A DNA stretch of 41,979 nt from Coniocarpon cinnabarinum (taxonomy: Eukaryota): positions 248,001 through 289,979 of the forward strand of contig JAVECO010000004.1 in the NCBI GenBank assembly GCA_051942205.1, in the 5' to 3' direction. The stretch's first letter is position 1. The number at the start of each line of letters is the position of its first letter. Position numbers and translations under genes: made by a program. The notes under the pieces are model-generated. The model was not told where the DNA came from. It did not search any database and worked only from the letters and a program-made list of their open reading frames with translations. Shown in pieces: positions 35,458-41,979 of this stretch.

Positions 35458-36193
35458 CAACGTGAGAATGAGGGGCGGTGTGAAGTGAGGTCGGGTTTGG
35501 CTGGGGGCAAGACATCAAGTCGGGGGATCAAGTCGCAATGATGGCTGTGAAGCGAGCGTGTGGTGAGTTGAGATACAGAAAGACAAGAATCGTGGCTACG
35601 CGGTTTTGAGGTGAAGACGAAGCGACGGTGGGACGACGAGTGGCGACGATGAGACGAGATATGATTTATGACTTAGCGCGGCGTTTGGCGGCTGCTTGTG
35701 AAGCGGTGAAAGACGCGTGTAAAGCAATTGCATTGATGACATTGCTTCATGACATTGCTCCATCATCTGAATCTACCTTTCTTCCTCCTGTCTCTTTCCC
35801 TCTTTCTTCTGTCTCTTTCACATGGTGCGTCTACTGATTGATCGTCTCTCGTGTTCTAAGGAAGGACCTCCAGGGTTGTGGATTAGTTGGGTTCTTCGTA
35901 CTGGATGTTTGGGAAAAGAACCGGTGAGGGTTTGGCTTTCGGGTGACCTACCACTGCTGGGATGCTGGTGTTGTGGATTGAATATCAATTATGAGTATGC
36001 ATTTCATTGCCTCGTGTTGCGCTGGTTGATATCCAGGTTGAACTGGTTAGTTCGAAGGCGATTGGTGGCAAATCTATAGTAAGGTTTAGACGACTCGACT
36101 CGACGATTGAAACAGGAAAGAGGAAGAATGAGCACGACTATGAAGTATAATAACTATATAGCGGTGAGCACACTCTCATGTTAAGGTTCTATA

Positions 36194-36805
36194 CTACGCA
36201 TCTCCCTTTCCGTCACCTCCATTAGTGCTACCATTGTTGCCGTCGTTGCCACCATTCTTGCCACCACTTTTCTTAGCATTCGTTCCCTGACCACCTTTAG
36301 AGCACTTCCAATATGATTGCTGATTCGGATCATCACAATCTTCATGATCAGGCGGATCAGGGTGATCCACATGAACCCCTTCTTCTCCACCACCCTATCC
36401 GTTCGAGTCGATTGTGTCATCTGTGCCAAGTTCGTCGGTTTTTGGGTCTTCAGAGTCGCCTTTTTCTGTTTCTTTCTTTGGGTGGTTGTTTTGGTTGTTG
36501 GTGTTGCTTTTGTTCTTGTTCTTGTTTTGGCTCTTGCTGTTGTTGTCGGTGTTGGTGTCGATGTTGGTGTCGGTGTTACTGTTTGCATTCGTATTTCCGA
36601 CCCTGTTGCTGCTATTGCCCTTAATAGCAGCGTTCTGGGCAGCGATGAATTGGCGCTTAACGGGTAAGATGGTCGGTAGAGAGGTGGCGGTAGATTGGGA
36701 GTCGGAGAGGGAGGCAGATGTGAGAGTGGTTGAATATGTTGTGGGGTCGATGGGGAAGGCGAGAGGGGAGGATAGAAACATGAAAAGAAAGAGGTGAGGT
36801 TGCAT
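36194..36805 (-). pseudogene. Secreted Asn/Gly/Asp-rich protein gene with an in-frame premature TAG at 36395-36397 (136 aa truncated; 203 codons if read through)
   Basis: ATG 36805, hydrophobic MQPHLFLFMFLSSPLA, Kex2-like VKR, N/T/K-rich repeats; the frame continues 66 codons past the TAG with similar composition. Confidence 0.7.
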
Positions 36806-38340
36806 TGTGGACTTTTGAATCTTGCGGCTTTTGACCTTTGGTTGTTGATTGGCGGTAAGAGAATGATCAGAAGGAAAACCGAAGCATAGGAAATAGATCA
36901 GATGAGAAGTTACCAGTTGGAAAGCAATCAAATCAAAATGCCGAGGACGTCTGATGATGCTGTGCCATATACCTGGTGATTGCAGAACGATTCACAACAG
37001 TATAGCGGGATATGTGTGTAGTAAAGGTCAAAAGTAAGGCACTAGGTACGGGACTCGCCGACAATTGAGATCCAAGAGGGGTTGTTTTGAATTGATCAAG
37101 TAGACTCGTGTACCATGGGCAGATGAGGAAGAGTAGAGAAAAGATGAGATTGAAGGCTATACAATACCAGGAGATCAGGACCTTATAGGCTTATCATGGC
37201 TTCTCTTGAGGCGCCAGCCCGGGCAAGGGTCGTACATGAAGGCTTAGACAATATGGCGCGTATACAGCCTGACTATCAAGGATTTGCATTTGCTCGTTGA
37301 AGTGTCGCCGTTGGAGAAAGCCTCGCTTGTGAGCTTAGACCCAATCATGAGATTTTCGGAGTTGCTAGGCTGTTGTGATTCGTCGCGTGCAGTGGTAGAA
37401 CAAGATTCCGTGCTAGACCATCCCCCACACTGCTAGTCTCAGGCTGCTCAGACCCTTGGCAACTCTAAATCGTGTATCACGCTATACTAAACATAGCAGT
37501 CGTTAGCCAAAGGGTCTAAAGCCTAATTGTAGGAAGGCGGCACACACTAGAAAAAAAAAGCGGCACACTAAATTTCCTAGCACTATAGTACCAAAAATGC
37601 ATTATTTTACTAAATAATTATTTAACTAAATAATACTTAAATTAACTAGAAAAAAGCGTATAATAGGTATAGAAAGTAGCTATACTTAGTAGTATAATTT
37701 TATTTAATTTTAAACGCTAGAAAGGTATAAAGTTATTATTATTTTTTACTACTACTCTTAACTACTCTAGTATACTTATATACTACTTATTAATAGTATT
37801 AAAGCTAATACTATTATACTATTTTTCTATAATAATATTATCTAAATTTTTTTTTATCTAGTATAGTTAATTATATAATACCTACTTTAATAGTTGCTAG
37901 ATATTCTTAATTAGAGTAAGATTAAGAAAGCTATTATAGTTAAAGTAGTAACTAAGGCTATTATTATACTTTTACTACTATATAATACTACTCTTCTACT
38001 TTTTAGTACTATATATACTATTCTAGTCTTTTTTAAAAATAAATAGTAGCGTAGTTAAATTATCTATCTAGTTTTTAATAATCTAACTAAGTATAATATT
38101 CTTATAGTACTCTAATTATATCTTTCTAGTTATATTATTAAGGTTGTAAAGATATAGTTGTAACTTAAATTATTACCTAATTACTATCTATATATATAAT
38201 TTTACTTTATCTTACTTTTATAGCTCTTATTTATATTATATATAATTTATATATTTTTACTTATCTAGTTTATAGATTATATACTACTTTTTTTAAGAAC
38301 TAAAAAGGAAATAAATCTTATTACTAAATTATATATTTTT

Positions 38341-38654
38341 TGTTATACTACGCCTTATAAAATACTAGAACGTAGTACGTACACTTAATAATACTATAAG
38401 AACTATAACGTCTAGATATATCTATATACGTTTACTTTCTAGAGATATATAGATTTTTTAAAGGCTTTAAAGACTTTAGAGGCTTTAAATATTTTAGATA
38501 CTCTAGATACTACCTTTTAGTAGTATATATTTATTTATATTTTAGGCTATATAGTTAGATAAAAAACCTACTTCTTAAGTTTAATATTATTCTAATTTAG
38601 ATTTAATCTAATAAAAGTTAAGACTTATAACTTAATTACTTATAAGTTATAATA
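38341..38654 (+). repeat. Candidate 5' LTR of the Gypsy element
   Basis: Begins TGTTATA and ends TATAATA (TATAACA with one RIP CA>TA change), upstream of the gag relic; the second LTR is outside the window, so unconfirmed. Confidence 0.4.
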
Positions 38655-41600
38655 TATCTAAGCCTTTTTAAGTAGATATATTATATATATATATATAATT
38701 AAAGTATATAAGATATAGCCTATATAATATATATATTAGCTATTCTTATTATCTATTATACTTATTAATACTATTTTTTATAATTTATCTTTTAGTCTAA
38801 AGCTATGCTACTAACTAGTCTTTACTTTACTAGGCTAACTCTAGATAGGAACTCTAAGATAGGCGTTATACTTTAGAATAATCGCTTTAATTATATTAAA
38901 CAAGAAGTAAGGTATATTTTACTTTATATCTTATAACTAATAAAAAGACTCTAGTTTAAGAAAGTTCTTTAAAATAAGAATACTATAGAATTTAGAAATA
39001 TAATAAGACTAGTACTAGTTAATATATCAAGAATATTTTAGACTTTAACCTAGCTATAGTAAATTAACTTAAATAATTTATATAACAACAAAAAGAATTC
39101 TTTCTAACTAAAGAAGATAAATTAGACGTCTTTAGTAATATAGCTTTAATATTATTAGATAATAAAATACCTAATTTAGTAAGAATTAAACCTTATAAGA
39201 GAGATAAGGCCTCTTTTAAACTATTCTTAGCTCTCTACAATCTTATGTTTATAACAAATCTATCTAAATATACTAAGAATATTATAAAAGTTACCTTTAT
39301 AGAAGCCTAGCTTAGAGCTAGACCCTTTAACTAGTTTATACCTATTCTTAGAAATTAGAATTAATAAGATATAGAAAGAGCTATATAAGAGACTCTTACC
39401 TTTATAATAAACTATACTAACTTTATAGCTATAATTAAAGAAATATATAAAAAAGAAGACCTAAAATATAAAGCTTAATATAAGATTTAATAACTTAAAT
39501 AAGAAAACTTACTAGCTATATAGTATATAGACAGATTTATATAATATTTATACTTATCTAAACTTAACTAAGAAGCCTTATAAATATATTACTATAATAG
39601 ACTTAATAATAAAATCAAAAATATATTAATATATATTAATCTACTAATAAATCTAAACTTACTTTAGGCTTATACTATTAAATTAGATTAGTAAATATAA
39701 TAAATAAAAATATAAATCCTAGATACCTAATACTTTATAATAATGAAAAACTTATATTACTAAATCTATAGAAGGTATTATAACTATCTATATACTTACT
39801 AAAGATAGAAAAAGAGGTAAGCTTTCTAATAAGAAAAAAAAGTACTAATATAAAAATAATCTCTATTTATATTATAGTAAAGTAGAATATAGAACTAAGA
39901 ATTATAAAAAAGCTACTACTAATAAGAATAAGTAATAAGACTAATCTTAAAAGCTATATATACTTAAAGAATTAATAAATAATAAATTATAAGATTTAGT
40001 AAATTACTTAATTAAAGATATAGATATAAAAATAATTTATATACTTAATACTATTTAACTAAAGATACTATAGATACTATATTAACTAATACTATAAATA
40101 TTAGAACTACTACTAAAAAATAAATAATACCCTAATATCTATATACAACAACTTTTAGTAATAAATAAAAAGATTTACTAGGTAGCGTTTCTTTAATAGA
40201 ACTAAGAAAAGATTATAGATACTAAGTAGATTCTAAATACACTATAATATAATTCTAATACTAAAGAAGAAGACAATTCTTAAAGATAGAAAATAATATC
40301 TATTAATATACCTGCTTAGAAAGCATATCTTAAAGAATATCTCTATATAAATATTTTATAATTTAAAAATGTCCTATTAAAGAAATATAACAAAAAAACT
40401 AAATAAGTAGCAGAACTTCTTTTATAGTTATATAAAGAAGATTAATATTAACTAACTTTAGATAATTATAAGAATTTAAACTAACAAGACTAGAAAGTAT
40501 AGATTAACCTACTAGAGCAAATATACAACTATAAACTTAAATAGCTTTAAAATTATAAGATTAAGAATACCTCTAAGAGTTAACTTAACGTACTTAGATA
40601 AGCTAAATATAAACAAAAGACTAAAATATTTATACTTCTAACCTAAAAACATATTACCTAGAAATTATAAAATATATAAAATAATACTAAGAAGCAAAAA
40701 ATTAACTAAAATTAATATATACCTATTAAGTATTACTCTTATATTTAAGAAATTAAACAAGTAGAAAACCTAGTTTCTTCTTTAAGTAAGAATAAGAATA
40801 ACTATAAAGATAGAATACTTAATAACCCTATAGTTAACATCTTAACTAGATAACTTATCTTACTAGACTAGACTATTATTATACTAATTAACTATAGCAA
40901 TAGTTATTAAAATACTTAAATTATAAACTTAAAAGAAGCTTTATATAAATACTTTTAAGAAAGTATAATATATACTATTAGTACTTACTAGTATTTTATT
41001 AATAAAAAAGTTATTAAATAGTTAAAAGATTAAGTTACTCTAAAGTAAGAAGGTTTAAAGTAGTAATCTTAGACTTCTTACTTTAACTTAATACTCTCTA
41101 TTTAAAAATACTAAGACTATAATAAATTAAAGTACTACTTAATAGTATACTAGTTATAATTCTTATTAACTTAGAAGTAAAAGTTAACTTTATTAACTTT
41201 AATATAGTTAAATATATTTAAGAAATATTTATTAAAAAGAAACTAGAATACATCTATCTACTTTATATTATAAATAAATAAGATATAGTATTCTAAAATA
41301 GTAGTATTATATATAAAATTACTACTATTATAAAAATACTAAATTTTAGAGAATTTGTTATATTTAATATTACTAGCTTAAAAGGTATATAAGCTATTCT
41401 AGAAACTATATTTTTAGATTAGTTTATACTAATATAGAAAAATATACTAATAAATTTTATCTCTTAAGATATTAATTATTTGAAAGTAATAAATACTTAA
41501 CTAGATTATAAATTATTGCTTTACCTAATATATAGGGAAGACGATAAGTAGGGAGAAGCTTACCTATATAATAACATATTTATTTATAGGATCTATAAAG

Positions 41601-41979
41601 GAGTTAAAAATATAACCGCTTAGATAAAGAAGCTTTCTAGATCTAGATAATCTATAAACTTAATACTAGCTTTGCCTAAGAAATATAAGTAATATATAAG
41701 ACTTTTCTAAAAAGAAGTAAATAATAAGCTTCTTAAATATACTACTTAGAACTATAAAATAAAGCTTAAACCTAATACTATCTCTATAGAAACAAAACTT
41801 TATTAAATAAATCTAGCATTTAAGAAAGAAAGTAAAAAATATATTAATAAGCTAATAAAATATAGTTTTATCTATAAATTAAAAGCTCCTATTTTCTACT
41901 CTCTATTCTTTATACTAAAGAAAGGTAATAAGCTTTAACTAGTTATTAACTACCACCTTCTTAATAATATTACTAAAAA
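38341..41979 (+). mobile_element. RIP-inactivated Ty3/Gypsy LTR retrotransposon (gag, protease, start of RT), cut by the window end
   Basis: Degenerate translations: gag KPYKRDKASFKLFL (~39188); Zn knuckle NNLYLYYSKVEYRTKNY (~39855-39905, CCHC with C>Y and H>Y); protease ILINLEVKVNFI (~41159); RT NYKIKLKP...KYINKLIKYSFI...LFFILKKGNKL*LVINYHLLNNITK (~41750-41979). Protease directly before RT is the Gypsy order. Confidence 0.9.

Larger units (their letters stand above)
37532..41979. repeat. AT-rich RIP-mutated repeat block
   Basis: Sharp drop in GC after ~37.5 kb, strong excess of TpA, near absence of CpA/TpG, no ORFs in the track. Confidence 0.95.

Noticed and set aside
36181..36797. Overlapping Cys-rich, Val-rich and Thr-rich ORFs
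   Set aside because: Alternate frames of the low-complexity secreted gene

Overview
Eukaryotic DNA from a filamentous ascomycete (inferred from short spliceosomal introns with CTRAC/CTRAT branch points, fungal housekeeping genes and RIP-type mutation). Positions 1-~37.5 kb are gene-rich: a partial hypothetical gene, a small Cys-rich secreted protein, a PARP6/8-like ADP-ribosyltransferase fused to a UBE2Q-like E2, an EFM3/FAM86-like methyltransferase, RPS24, VPS72/YL1, RAD7, a Zn alcohol dehydrogenase, mitochondrial SSB (RIM1), an ~18-exon Zn-finger/GTPase-like/RING/patatin/UIM gene, a class I SAM methyltransferase, PBN1/PIG-X, a J-domain protein and a secreted low-complexity gene interrupted by an in-frame TAG. 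From ~37.5 kb to the end is a very AT-rich block holding a RIP-destroyed Ty3/Gypsy retrotransposon. Most notable: the multidomain patatin and PARP-E2 architectures, several introns that need atypical 3' splice sites (one GT-GG, two GAG) to keep conserved motifs in frame, and a probable RIP-leakage nonsense mutation next to the repeat block. Exon boundaries were derived by hand and family calls come from motif recognition; no database search was run.
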